Assembly (NCBI GenBank): GCA_964016885.1
Contig: OZ024740.1
Coordinates: forward strand, 351,726,001 to 351,790,000
From: Eledone cirrhosa
Lineage: Eukaryota
Length of the DNA: 64,000 nucleotides
Direction of reading: 5' to 3'
This document shows positions 13,311 through 25,158 of the stretch, piece after piece (the stretch's first letter is position 1; the number at the start of each line of letters is the position of its first letter). The notes beneath the pieces were generated by a model, which had not been told where the DNA came from, did not search any database, and worked only from the letters and a program-made list of their open reading frames with translations. The translations under genes and the position numbers were made by a program.

Positions 13311-13708
13311 ACTCAGGGTACAGTGAACCAGAACAATATAGAGGCATTTTTAATCTGACACTCTGTTAAATGCCAAATAACTGACACCCTGCTAACTGCC
13401 AGATAATTATAAACACTTGTGTCATAAAGCAAATTAATACCAACCAGTCAAGCCTGTTTTATATGCAAATGAGCATCGCCTTAAATGTACTATTGGCAAA
13501 CCTCTATATTTTCTATTAACTTATTTTGCCTCAGTACTGAGTGAGCAAATATTATTAAAGATGAATAACTAATTTTTGAAACACTAGTTTTTGGCATTTT
13601 TTGAATAGCTGGGATATGATTATAGCAATAAATCCCCATAGCAAGACATGTATGTTTATTATACATAAACATATTGTGTATGTGTTCATATATATACCAC
13701 CCCTCTCT

Positions 13709-13971
13709 AAGACCGGGTGATGTGTTGTTTCCTTGAGCAAGACACTTTATTTCACATTGCTCCAGTTTACTCAGCTGTAGAAATGAGATGATAGGACTGG
13801 GGTCCCTATCATTCCACTGTAAAGTGAACGTGTAGGCTCCACGGAAAAAAAGCACCCACCACTCACTGTAAATGAGGTTGGTGTTAGGAAGGGCATCCAA
13901 ATCAAGCCAGAATCAGTTCCCGTCCCACCCTTGCAAGCTGGGAAAAGCGGACATAAAATGATGATGATGAT
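13709..13971 (+). mobile_element. Family-1 SINE (CORE-like domain + RTE-derived tail), 5'-truncated
   Basis: Same body as 19571-19913, ending in (ATG)n. Confidence 0.85.
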
Positions 13972-13974
13972 ATG

Positions 13975-14243
13975 AATGTATGTATAGTATATTTGGCAAT
14001 ATACCGTATATATAATTTTTGGCGAAGGCAGGAGAGTGCGCGGTTTTGATAAACGCCAAACAGCGAGAAACAAACTGTCAGCCACTCTCCCTTCTTTCGC
14101 CAAAAATAAGTAAGTGACATAGTCACTACATTAAAACTAATAGCGAATGGTCTTCTAAATATTTTTAATTAAACATACAGTATATTGCCAAATATACTAT
14201 ACATACATTAATGTATACATCGCTATTTCAGAACACCAATACT
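13975..14243 (+). mobile_element. Small non-coding fold-back element carrying a hammerhead motif (probably Penelope-derived)
   Basis: 35-bp inverted repeat at 13975-14009 / 14175-14209 (34/35 match). A 34-nt tail follows, then (AT)n. Internal hairpin at 14015-14107. Confidence 0.65.
14031..14090 (+). ncRNA. Type I hammerhead-like ribozyme, U3-A8 variant
   Basis: GGTT-TTGATAA-aCGC(caaaca)GCGa-GAA-ACA(aac)TGT-C|AGCC. Stem I extends via GGAGAGT/ACTCTCC. Predicted cleavage after GUC at 14079. Stem II closes with an A.A mismatch. Confidence 0.6.
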
Positions 14244-14711
14244 TATATATATGTGTATGTATATATATATATATATATCTTCATAAACATCATCATTGTT
14301 TTTATGCTTAGTTTTTTATACTTGCATAGGTAGGACAACATCTTTTTTCTATGGCCAGATACCGTTCTTGGTGTCAATTCATACCTTATTCTATCATGCC
14401 AGTAAAGTTTGTTGAATCACTATGTGGCCAGATGTATTGTTTATGTAAATAGTGTTGATGATATTTGTGGGGAGTAGCATGTGTATGCATGTGACTCTGT
14501 CTCTTTGCTTCATATTTGATCTTACTGGCAGAAACTGTTTTATAAGGTATTGGACTGCCTAGCAGATATCATCTATCTCAAGTGATGCACAGTTGGAATG
14601 AATCCAAAATCATGGGGTTGTGAAGCAAACGTTTTAAACAAAGTGCCATGCCTATGCTTATATATGTGTATACACACAAACATATATATATATACGCAGA
14701 CAGATAGAAAG

Positions 14712-16553
14712 ATATGTTTCTTTATTAGCCACAGGGGCACAAAAGAAGGGGACAAATACAAAGGGGGAAGTTTACATACAATAAAAAACGTGTAAAATAC
14801 TATCTCAAACGCAATTTAAAAATTAATCGATTTTCCCCAATAGGGGGAGACATTTCACATGGGTAACAGATACCCCCGAAAAAATGTGCAACCCTCATCT
14901 CCAGGAGAACGAAGAGTTTGTACCCCTTTCCTCTCTTCTTCTTTTTCCTCAACCTACAGGCTGATATAGAGAGAAGGCCCATTCACTCAGGCCATTCTCG
15001 CCACTTTCACCCACCTTTCATAAAACTTGCTGGGGTACAGCACCTTTCTCTCCATCCTGATTCTTCTTCCAAAGTGGTATTTGAAAAAAAGAATCAGTTG
15101 TTGGCCAGAGAGAAAGGTGTCTGACCTCAGCCCTTTTAACCTCGTCCACCATACAACCTCTTTCGCCATAGCTATCACACAAAGGAAAATTGCCTCTCCT
15201 TCGTTTTTGAAGGAGGGTGGCGGTTTGATCATGACAATGGACTCGGCGGTCAACCGGATTGATCTCACCCACGACAATAGTCGTTCTATGTAGCCCCACA
15301 GGTCGGTAACGCCCGGGCAGCATATGAATGCGTGCGCGACGGTTTCTTCGTCTCGGACGCATCTCGGACAGATCTTTTTTGAAGGGTCCCTGCCCGGGCG
15401 CCCATGTCTATAGAGCTTGTCTCGAACTGGTAGAGGTCCTCGGTAGTACTGCCAGGCCAGGGACTTTTGGAAGTTGTCCATCGGTCCCGGGCGGAAGGTC
15501 CTCTATGTCTTCCTCTATGCCTAGGGTTTCTCCGAGCACATCGTCACACTTGCTGCGGATCAACCCTCTATAGAATGACGAAGTGGAGTCTCCACCAATT
15601 GCCGGGTCCGCCTGCCAGAGGGCTGTGAGTGCCTGAGCACATTCGATGTGCCAGTCGCCCATTTTCCTCGGTCTTTGCTTGACCCAGGACTGCAGCTCGG
15701 TCAGCAAGACGAGTCGTGGGAAGGGTCGCCTCATGAACGGGGCCCACACCGGTTGTCCGGTGAGGATACGTAGAGATGCCGCAGCCTGAGCTCTTGTTTG
15801 CGCATCGTCAGCCACGGCATCCCCAGCCCTCCGTTGGAAGGGTGTTGGCAGCAGATGGATCTTCTCACCAAAGGAGCCCGCTTTTTCCAAAGGAATTGGA
15901 AGAGCGCGCGCTCCATTTTGGTGAGCGTTTTGGCTGGACAAGGCACGACGGTCGAGCGGTAGTAGATGACAGACGCTATAAAAGTGTTCGCCACCACCGC
16001 TCGACCTTTCTGGGTGAGTGCAAACACCTTGGGCGACACTTCGTTCCAGTTCTTCTCCACCTGGAGGTCCGGACCAAACCAGACCCCGAGCAGCTTTACC
16101 GGTCCTTCCATCCAGCGTCTGACGATGCCATCAGAAGGCTTGCCTCTCCACGATCCGAGTTGCAAACCGATGGACTTGTCCCAGTTCAGCTTCGCTCTTG
16201 TGCACCTTTCGTATTCCTTCAGTAAGGTGCCGACTTCCTCGATTTGCAAGGTGCTCGACACCATTACCGCAGTCCCGGTTCGAGAAGGATGCCCTGCAAT
16301 AGTTCCAACTTCCGCAGTAGTGGCTCGAGAGTCAGTACGTACAGAAGGGAGGAGAGAGGGCATCCCTGTCGAATGGATCGCGTGATATGGAACGGATCTG
16401 AGAGGTAGCCGTTCACCTTGACCCATGAGCAGATGTTGCTGCTGTGCATTGCAGCAATTCAGCCCCTGAACACAGGTCCAAAGCCTGCCGCGTCGAGTAC
16501 CACATCCAGGTAACGATGGTCAACCCTATCGAAAGCCTTAGACTGATCCAAGT
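14712..16553 (-). mobile_element. Tx1/L1-clade LINE, 5'-truncated and degraded
   Basis: LDQSKAFDRVDH, SIRQGCPLS and zf-RVT CPRC..ETVAHAFICC motifs. 3'UTR with AATAAAG. Homologous to 59596-63030. Confidence 0.88.
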
Positions 16554-16634
16554 TATATACATATATGATTATCCATCGACGTACAAATCATTACAGAATA
16601 TTTTTAAGTAGTGGAAATACAAATATATATTTAC

Positions 16635-16712
16635 CATTGACAGTGATTCCTAAGCCATATGACCTTCGAGGTAGTTTTACAACAAAAGTTCCAGAACTTG
16701 GAAGAACAGATT
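16635..16712 (-). CDS. GRIP1: GRIP-like exon (start of PDZ5)
   Basis: ttttacag| ... |gtaaat. Encodes ESVLPSSGTFVVKLPRRSYGLGITVN, resembling GRIP1 [27 protein letters not shown]. 78 nt. Confidence 0.93.
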
Positions 16713-17092
16713 CTGTAAAATGAAAAACAAATTATTATAACAATAATTAAAAAAAAATTTTTAATTTCCAGAAACAACAAATAGTGTGCAAATGATTAAA
16801 TTCAATTTATGTAGTAGTATTATAGTCCCACTGTGAATAGATTTTTAAAATACAGTTTAAAATAAATAAAGAACATGAGATAAATAGCCAAACTATAGCT
16901 ATTTCAAATCTACTTTAACCCTTCTGATATCAAATCACATGAAACCATTCCTATTTGAAAAAGATTTGACTGCTATTTTTTGCATGTGAAGTGATCACAT
17001 AGGGTCTCCCTTAAGTAGTTGGTGGAACTATAGTTCACTGGTTTCACACATCACCAGATCAAGCAAATCTGATCAGTAAATTGATACTCTAA

Positions 17093-17262
17093 TAATTGTT
17101 TCTATTTTAGGCACAAGGCCAGCAAATACCCAGTACATTACTGGTACTTTATTTTATCAACCCCGTAAGGATGAAAGGCAAAGTTAACCTCGGCCGGATT
17201 TGAACTCAGATTGTAAAGGGACGTAACTATGCTGGAGAGCATGGCGTCCGACTCTCTACCAA
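17093..17262 (-). mobile_element. Family-2 (Meta-type) SINE with TSD
   Basis: Flanked by the direct repeat tactctaataat. Confidence 0.8.
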
Positions 17263-18949
17263 TACTACTCTAATAATGATTTCTGATTTAGGCACAAGGC
17301 AAACAATTTGATGGGAGGGTAAAATTGATTATATTGACCCCAGTGCAGCACTGGTCCTTTATTTTATCAACCTCGTAAGGCTGAAATCACGTTAAAACGT
17401 TGAGGGATCCCTGCTTTAGATAGTAAAGAGAAGTTTAAGGCAAGATTTTGTAAGCTATTTCAACTCTATTATATCTTAATAACTCAAGACTAATGATAAA
17501 ATATTGAAATTTCACCTAACTTTATTTGAAATATATATAAATTTTCAAATATCAATGTTTTTATATATCATTCCTTATTCTTTATTGATTCTTAGAATGT
17601 TTGTTGTCTTTAAGAGACAAATTTGTATTACTTTTGAATAAACAAGCCAATGGAGGAGCTCCTACAGTTGTTTAACTTGTTAGAAATAGTTTTCAAATCT
17701 CTATAAAATGATACCCTACTATCCTCATGAAGGTCACATTAGATAATGTAGATTGGGCTACACAATTTCTAAAAAAAAACAAAATAAAAAGCAATGAGAT
17801 GGTTATGAATAAAAAGGCTTTGATCATATGTCAGTGCAATTAGGGTTTACTTAGGCGGACTAAACAACAACGGTCTTAAACCCTTTCATTACTATATCTC
17901 CAATGAAAAACATTGCTTGTAATTTTCAAATCTTTTTGAAAATAATTAGGAATTCAATGAAATTTAGTAACATAAGTAACTTTCTCAGTATTTAGCTGAT
18001 GTTTGGAATATAATTTTACGATGGTTCTCACATAAAATTATCATCAAATGTTTTAGAAAATATATAAACACTTCAACAGCCAGGGACGGTTTCAGGCTGT
18101 TAGGTATCAAAAGTGTTAAATAAACCAGACACAATCTTTGACCTATTTACAAAAGTATTTCATACTTCTATAGCTAATAATCAGGACAGAGAACACACAA
18201 AGAGCTCAAAATGTACCAAGAGATAAAAATTCTCAGTGTGACAGTTTGATATTCAGTTAGTAAACCTTAAATGATGTTTAGCAGATGGCAATAATCCCTA
18301 TTAAAAGGAGGAAAGTGTTGTAATCCCCTCTTTAAGAAATAGGTTATATCGTGACTGGTTAACATGTTATCGGAATCTCATTATAAATGTGGTTATCATT
18401 GAGGAAGGAAAAGGTAAAAGTTTTCAGATATAAATGATAGTGAAAAAGAAAAAGTTACCACCAACAGAAGCTGGGAAATTGTTGGTGATTACCAGGAATG
18501 AGAAGAGAGAGAGATAGAGAGAGAGAATGTATGTGTATGTATCTATTTGTGATATGTATGAAAGATAAGAAAACTGTAGAGGATTCTCTGAGTACAGTTT
18601 ATAGTCTGATAGTGTATCAAGAATTTGGTAAAGAGATTGAAGTGCTGGTACATGCTGAAATGGTGTGACTTCATACACACACACACACACACATATATAT
18701 GTATGTATGTATCATCACTATCATCATCATTTAATAACCATTTTTCCTGCTTGCAAGAGTTGGATTGGGTGTCAAAGACCAACTCAGTACTTAATCAGAG
18801 TTACTGACCTCTCAGACAGGCTGAGGCCGGCATCTCGCGTACATACATTCCTGCACTCTACATGGTGCACCAAATTTTTCTTATCATGGCACCAGCACGA
18901 GGAAGGTCGTCTTTGATACAACTGAAGAATCCTCACAAACTTCAATGGA

Positions 18950-19165
18950 TGAGTTATGTTAATGTGCATGAATGTTGAAATATGGATGAACTGAGAGAGA
19001 AACTGGATATAAGAATAATCAGATGTTGGATACAAGAGAGAATACATTGGTATGGATATACAATGAATATGGATGATGATCATTAGATGAAGAATGCTAA
19101 AGAGGAAGACCAAAGAAGAACTGGGCAGAGGTGGTGAGCATGGATCTCAAAACACTGAATTTCAC
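18950..19165 (+). mobile_element. Old degraded RTE 3' coding fragment
   Basis: Broken reading ELREKLDIRIIRCWIQER..WYG..MDDDH...RGRPKKNWAE. Confidence 0.55.
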
Positions 19166-19523
19166 ATATGACAAAGAAACACAGCAAGTATAAAGAGACT
19201 GCACTGGAAAAGATCTGTCCATGGAAAGGCAGATTTAAAAAAGTTGATGATGGAAATTACTTCTATAGGAATAGCACTGTTTGTTTTATTTGAAATCATC
19301 TGGACTGATCTGATGATTGCAATTGAATGAAACAGGACTAATTCCATAGAAGTCAAATCCATCTGAAATAAATTATGTACCCTCTCTACTTAATGTAGTG
19401 AGTACCTTATTTAGCTGTCGTCCCTTTTCGCTTCTCTATGGAAAACCATTCTCTCTCTCTCATATATATATATATATCATCATCATCATCATCGTTTAAT
19501 GTCTATCTTCCACGCTAGCATGG

Positions 19524-19558
<35 letters not shown>

Positions 19559-19570
19559 ATATATATATAT

Positions 19571-19913
19571 GGAGGCACATGGCTTAGTGGTTAGAGCATT
19601 GGCCTTGCAATCGAAAGGTTGTGAGTTCAATTCCCAGACCGGGTGATGTGTTGTTTCCTTGATCAAGACACTTTATTTCACATTGCTCCAGTTTACTCAG
19701 CTGTAGAAATGAGATGATAGGACTAGGGTCCCTATCATTCCATTGCAAAGTAGTCGTGGAGGTTCCACAGCAAAAAAGCACCCAGCACTCACTGTAAATG
19801 AGGTTGGTGTTAGGAAGGGCATCCAGCTGTAGAAATCAAGCCAGAATCAGTTCCTGTCCCACCCTTGCAAGCAGGGAAAAGCGGATGTAAAATGAAATGA
19901 TGATGAATGATGA
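19571..19913 (+). mobile_element. Family-1 SINE, full length (tRNA head + CORE-like + RTE tail)
   Basis: A box TGGCTTAGTGG, B box GAGTTCAATTCC, CORE-like cttgatcaagacactttatttcacattgctcc, and a tail matching the RTE 3'UTR. Confidence 0.88.
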
Positions 19914-21862
19914 TATATCATAATCATCATTTAACATCCGTCTTTCCTGAAAGCAAAGGTTGACTGGGTCTTCGCAGATTGAGTTAGTATTCCAGCAAAG
20001 CTATTGGCCTCTCAGATATTCCAGAAGGCAGCATCTTGCTTTTATAAATTCCCATCCTTTACTGAGTATATTTTATCATAACACCACCACTAGGGTGTCA
20101 TGTCTTTGACACAGTTGAAGAGTCCTGTCAAACCTTTGTTTGGCTGGTTTTCTACAGCTGAATGCCTTTGCTATCACCAACCATTTAACAGAGTGTGTTG
20201 GTTCATTTATCATGTAATACTAGAGAGGCTGTCATGCCATGAACACCACTGAAGGGTGCTTCCAATACTTTGGCAAATTTTTTTCGGCTGGATTCCCTTG
20301 CTATCACAAACATACTTTACAGAGTGTACTGCTTCTGTTCATCAAGTAGATCACCAACATTTAAGATTCTATCATGCTGTTAACACAACTAAAGAGCTCT
20401 CTTGACTCCTTTTGGCATGGTTTCTACAGCAGGATGACCTTATAGGGTGTACTGGGTGCATTTTTCATGACACCAGCACATATATATGCATATATAATAC
20501 ACACACATACACATGCATGTATATATGTATGTGTATATCTGTTCAGCTTGCTTTGGTGTAATCGATAATTGATAATTTGGGATACAATAAATACATGGTA
20601 CATCTACAATGTCTGATTATATTAACCTTTAATAGGTACAGGCCTGGCTGTGTCATTAAGACATTTACTTTATGACTACATAGTTTTCGATTTGACTACA
20701 CTGTGTAACATCTTGGGTATAGAAATTATAAGGAAAATGAAAATTATCGTGTACAGTGCTCAGGTGTTTTCTACTTTAGACTTGGGTTGAGCAATATCTT
20801 GTAAGTCAATTTGGTAGATGGAAATTGTGAGAAAACCTGTTGCATTTGTGTGTGCATGTATGAGTGCATGTCTGTCTCCATGTGTGAATTTATATTGACA
20901 CTTTAAAATGCAAGTGGTGACGTTTGTTTATATCCGCCTCATAATATGATCCACTGTATAGCAATTCACTGAATGTTATTGGTTTACACTATACTTATTT
21001 GTTGATATCAGGAAGGGTATCTGGTCATAGTAAAAATCTGCTTTAAAAAATCTTGTTTAATCCATGCAAGCATGGAATAAGTGGATCTAAAAACAATAAT
21101 GATGATGATGTATATATTGAATTTAATTGTAACTAGACCACCTGTGACCTGTTGGGTCACATTGACTTTAGAAACATAATTTTTAAATAATTAACATATA
21201 CACAGGCATGTATATAATGTAAAAGGAAATTGGAAGGCCCATATATATATATATCTTTCTCTCTATCCTTCTCTCTCTCTCTATTGATGAAGGTACCCAG
21301 AAAACCCCATATCTCAAGAACCTGTGCTCCAATTTATGCAAAACTTGTTTTATTCCATTTGTATTCCCATTTCAGGGGCAACTTCCTTTCAAAGTATTTT
21401 CCCATTATGTGCCCTTTTAGCTGTATTACATTACAGACAAGCAAGCAAGCAATCATACAGTTTTAGTAGTGTATAGATAGATGTCATGATGTCAATGACA
21501 TTTAATTCTAGATATGCTAAACAAAAAGGAAAAAAGAAACAAAAGAAACCTGGAAATCTTAACAACTTGCAATGATTTAGAAGAAAATATCTAAAAATGG
21601 GTTTGTTAATTAAAATGTTTATCATAAACATATGAAAAATTGCAGTTTTAGAGTAAAAGATTTAATTTTTTTAATATGATGCAGCCACTTTTTCTAAATA
21701 ATGCTGTATATGAAAGGCTGTAAACTCTCAATATCGTAAAATGATTTAGAAAAAATATGTAATCTAAAAACGGGTCGGTTAATTCAAATGCTGGAGGGCA
21801 GATTATTGTGAAAATTTGCAATATTAGAGTAAAGTCATCATTTTTTAATGTGATACAGTCAT

Positions 21863-22041
21863 AATTGTTTCTACTTTAGGCACAAGGCCAGCAATTACCC
21901 AGTGCATTACTGGTACTTTATTTTATCGACCCCGTAAGGATGAAAGGCAAAGTCAACCTCGGCGGGATTTGAACTCAGATCGTAAACTATGCTGGAAAGC
22001 ATGGCGTCCGACCCTCTACCGATACTGCCAATCCACCGCCC
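21863..22041 (-). mobile_element. Family-2 (Meta-type) SINE with 20-bp TSD
   Basis: TAATGTGATACAGTCATAAT at 21846-21865 and 22042-22061. Lies 80 bp from a GRIP splice donor. Confidence 0.9.
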
Positions 22042-22121
22042 TAATGTGATACAGTCATAATGATGTTTAATATTTTTCAGAGATTTCTTGCTAATGCAGT
22101 TTCATGAAATTGAATACAAAC

Positions 22122-22261
22122 CTGTGACATCAAATTCTAATTCCAATAAACACCGCGTTCCAGACTCTTTTAATAGTGTATTGGCTTCATCGAATGTTTT
22201 ATCCACAAGTTCTTGACCATTAATGGAAATAATACGATCACCTTCTTGTATAACGCCACTC
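22122..22261 (-). CDS. GRIP1: GRIP-like exon (C-terminal half of PDZ4)
   Basis: ccttccag| ... |gtttgt. Encodes SGVIQEGDRIISINGQELVDKTFDEANTLLKESGTRCLLELEFDVT. 140 nt, in frame with the 41984 donor. Confidence 0.92.
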
Positions 22262-23044
22262 CTGGAAGGAAAATAAAAATAAACAAATTCAGATTACATA
22301 AATAAAAGTAGAGAGCACTCTTTAGGGTTGAACGGAACCTTCAGTCATATCAAGGACATAACCATCTCTCTAGTGTTGGTACCAGCACTAAGTACACCCA
22401 GTACACTCTGAAAAGTGGTTGACATTAAACAGAGGGTTTAGTTGTAGAAACTATGCTAAAACTGGAACATATGTAAGCAAGACATGAACCCCATACCCAC
22501 CCCATCGAGGAGGACAGTAGCTTTGATTAAGTACTGACTTAGTCTCCAACAATTCTTCCAACCTCTGCCAATATGGAAAATAGTGGACGATGATAATGAT
22601 GATGATGAAACGAAATTTAATTGCCATTCCAATTTAACAAGAGATTATATCTGAGATCATATACTGAAACTAAGGCAATTGTATGATAGTAGTGTCATAT
22701 AGACCAATTAAAAAGCATGCGTGCACACAAACACACACACAATGGCTGTTACCCGCATATTTTCCAGTCATATATAGCTTTATAGCTAACTATATATATA
22801 TATATAACAATTTCCAAAGATACAATTGAAGTGTTAAAACAACAGGCAAGAAATAAATTAAGACATATTTTATACATATTTAAAAGCCTCAAATAAAATA
22901 CAACTAACTGCTTCACTCTGGGAAGTGGAAATAATGTACATTGTATTTAATATATATATATATATATATATAAAGAAAAAGAGATGAAATCGAAAATGCA
23001 ACTGGAGTCTTATTTTTAAAAAAAATATATATATTTATTTGGTT

Positions 23045-23082
23045 CCTTTACCGGTTTCGCAGTTCTTCTGCTTTTCAAAAGG
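23045..23082 (-). ncRNA. Inverted identical copy of the minimal hammerhead (sense to GRIP pre-mRNA)
   Basis: Exact reverse complement of 23908-23945. Confidence 0.72.
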
Positions 23083-23354
23083 TGAGTTGAGATGGAGAGT
23101 CTGTGGTTTTTCTCACATCTGGTTGGTCTCTGAATGTTACTTGTTTTATATGGAAAAAGTGGCTCGAAATGCCAGGTTTTTCGAGAAGTAATTTGATTGG
23201 TTTGTCAATAATTATAATAAATTTTGCGCCTGTTCGCGTTACAATAGTTCTTCAAATAAGAGGGGGGGGGGGTTGTCACAGGTTGTTTTTTCATATATGA
23301 GTGTTTGAATTTCTTTTTACTTGAAAAAAGGAGGCTCACGAAAGTAAAGAAATT

Positions 23355-23389
<35 letters not shown>

Positions 23390-23907
23390 GCACACAAATA
23401 AACACACATATCTTTACTTTCTTTATTCAATAGAAAATCTGAATTCTGACACCCCAGCGAACTAACCATATTCACTGAACCAGAACAATTATCCCATCCC
23501 TTTCTCTTGACCATTATCTTTTACTTATCAAAAAATTCTCTGAAAAGGCTACCGAATGGATTTCCAAATAAGGGCACAAAAATTTAATGAAAATTTGTTC
23601 ACGTGACAGCCACAATTTCATTTATAACCAACCAAAAAAAAGCCTTCGTGAGCCTCCTTTTTTCAAGTAAAAAGAAATTCAAACACTCATATATGAAAAA
23701 ACAACCTGTGACAACCCCCCCCCCCCCCTCTTATTTGAAGAACTATTGTAACGCGAACAGGCGCGAAATTTATTATAATTATTGACAAACCAATCAAATT
23801 ACTTCTCGAAAAACCTGGCATTTCGAGCCACTTTTTCCATATAAAACAAGTAACATTCAGAGACCAACCAGATGTGAGAAAAACCACAGACCCTCCATCT
23901 CAACTCA

Positions 23908-23945
23908 CCTTTTGAAAAGCAGAAGAACTGCGAAACCGGTAAAGG
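23908..23945 (+). ncRNA. Minimal type I hammerhead ribozyme, U3-A8 variant
   Basis: CCTT-TTGAAAA-GCAG(aagaa)CTGC-GAA-ACCGGT-A|AAGG. Perfect 4-bp stems I and II, palindromic stem III, GUA triplet. Confidence 0.72.
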
Positions 23946-24097
23946 AACCAAATAAATATATATAATTTTTTAAAAAATAAGACTCCAGTTGCATTTTCGA
24001 TTTCATCTCTTTTTCTTTATACTTTCACTCGTGTAGGACACCGGTTATTTTTCATTTTGTAAAAAAAACCTCACTTTCTAATATATATATATATATT

Positions 24098-24678
24098 AGA
24101 GACTGAGCATAAGAGGAATCAAATGCTGCGTGCAGGAGAGGCGGTTACGCTGGTATGGACATGTGATGCGTATGAAGGATGACAGCTGCATAAAAAGGTG
24201 CAGAGCACTAGAAGTTGATGGAAACCGCGGAGTGGGGAGACCCAAGATGACTTGGGATGAGGTGATAAAAGCCGACCTTACCCAACTACACCTCTCAAAG
24301 TCAATGACACACGACCGTGACTTCTGGCGTCACGCAGTAATACAGGGTACCCGACCTCCCATGGGTACATGCTGAAGCATATAAACAATATGCCCCCACT
24401 CCCCCCACCGCAAGGTGGTCATGGAGGTGCCACGGCAAAAAAGCACCCAGCCCACACTGTAAAGTGGACGTGTAGGCGCCACGAAAAAGCACCCAGCACT
24501 CACTGTAAATGAGGTTGGTGTTAGGAAGGGCATCCAGCTGTAGAAATCAAGCCAGATCAGTTCCTGTATGAGCAAGGCATGGTCAGCCGACCAGACACTA
24601 CCCACAACAGGACAACCCGTCTAACCCATGCTAGCGTGGAAGAACGGACGTAAAACGGTGATGATGATGATGATGATA
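24098..24678 (+). mobile_element. RTE subfamily-2 3' fragment
   Basis: QERRLRWYGHV...QGTRPPMGTC*, then the 3'UTR and (GAT)n, between (AT)n tracts. Near-identical to 35907-36498. Confidence 0.92.
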
Positions 24679-24685
24679 TATATAT

Positions 24686-24920
24686 AATGAAAAATTGAAC
24701 AGGGACAGAACAGAGAGGCAGTACGATAAATGTTTATTAAATTCACGCTCAGGAGAGTGGGGGGTAGGTGGGGGACGACGTTTCGGGCATAAGCCCTTCT
24801 TCAGGTGAGAAGTGTGTGGGAACAGAGTTAAGGAAAGACAAAGTGTGGGAAGGTGTGTAAAGTTCGGAGAAAGGTCACGGCAGATTAGATCGGGGTTGAG
24901 CCGGTTGTTAAGTTAAGTTC
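24686..24920 (-). mobile_element. Penelope-type terminal fragment with minimal hammerhead (24775-24806)
   Basis: Minus strand reads ac-CTGAAGA-a-GGGC(ttat)GCCC-GAAACGTC-gt, followed by AATAAA and ending at (AT)n. Confidence 0.68.
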
Positions 24921-24927
24921 CAAGTGA

Positions 24928-25043
24928 AGGCGTGTGGCTGAGTGGTTAGAGCATTGGATTCGCAATCGTAAGTTTGTGAGTTCGATCCCTGGACCAGGTG
25001 ATGCGTTATGTCCTTGAGCAAGACACTTTTTTCACGTTGCTCC
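24928..25043 (+). mobile_element. tRNA-derived SINE head + CORE-like segment
   Basis: TGGCTGAGTGG ... GAGTTCGATCCC ... ccttgagcaagacac. Confidence 0.7.
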
Positions 25044-25158
25044 TTTTACCTGGGGTTGCGACCGATAGATAGTATTAGCAATTGGAAAGACCAACGGAAA
25101 CATTGTTCCCTCGGTCCGATTTGACGAAAGTCGATCGTTCCTATATATATATATATAT

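Larger units (their letters stand above)
22969..24080 (+). mobile_element. Fold-back element with about 375-bp inverted arms, hammerhead motifs and a 3' tail (Penelope pseudo-LTR-like)
   Basis: 22969-23343 is the near-exact reverse complement of 23645-24021. A roughly 60-nt extension occurs only on the right. (AT)n on both sides. Confidence 0.7.

Noticed and set aside
19571-19650. tRNA genes here and at 24928, 39807 and 51330
   Set aside because: These are SINE heads that continue into CORE-like bodies, with no complete acceptor stem or terminator.
23103-23887. Duplicated small ORFs (65/66 aa and 60/66 aa) as a gene pair
   Set aside because: They mirror each other only because of the inverted repeat, and they show no coding features.
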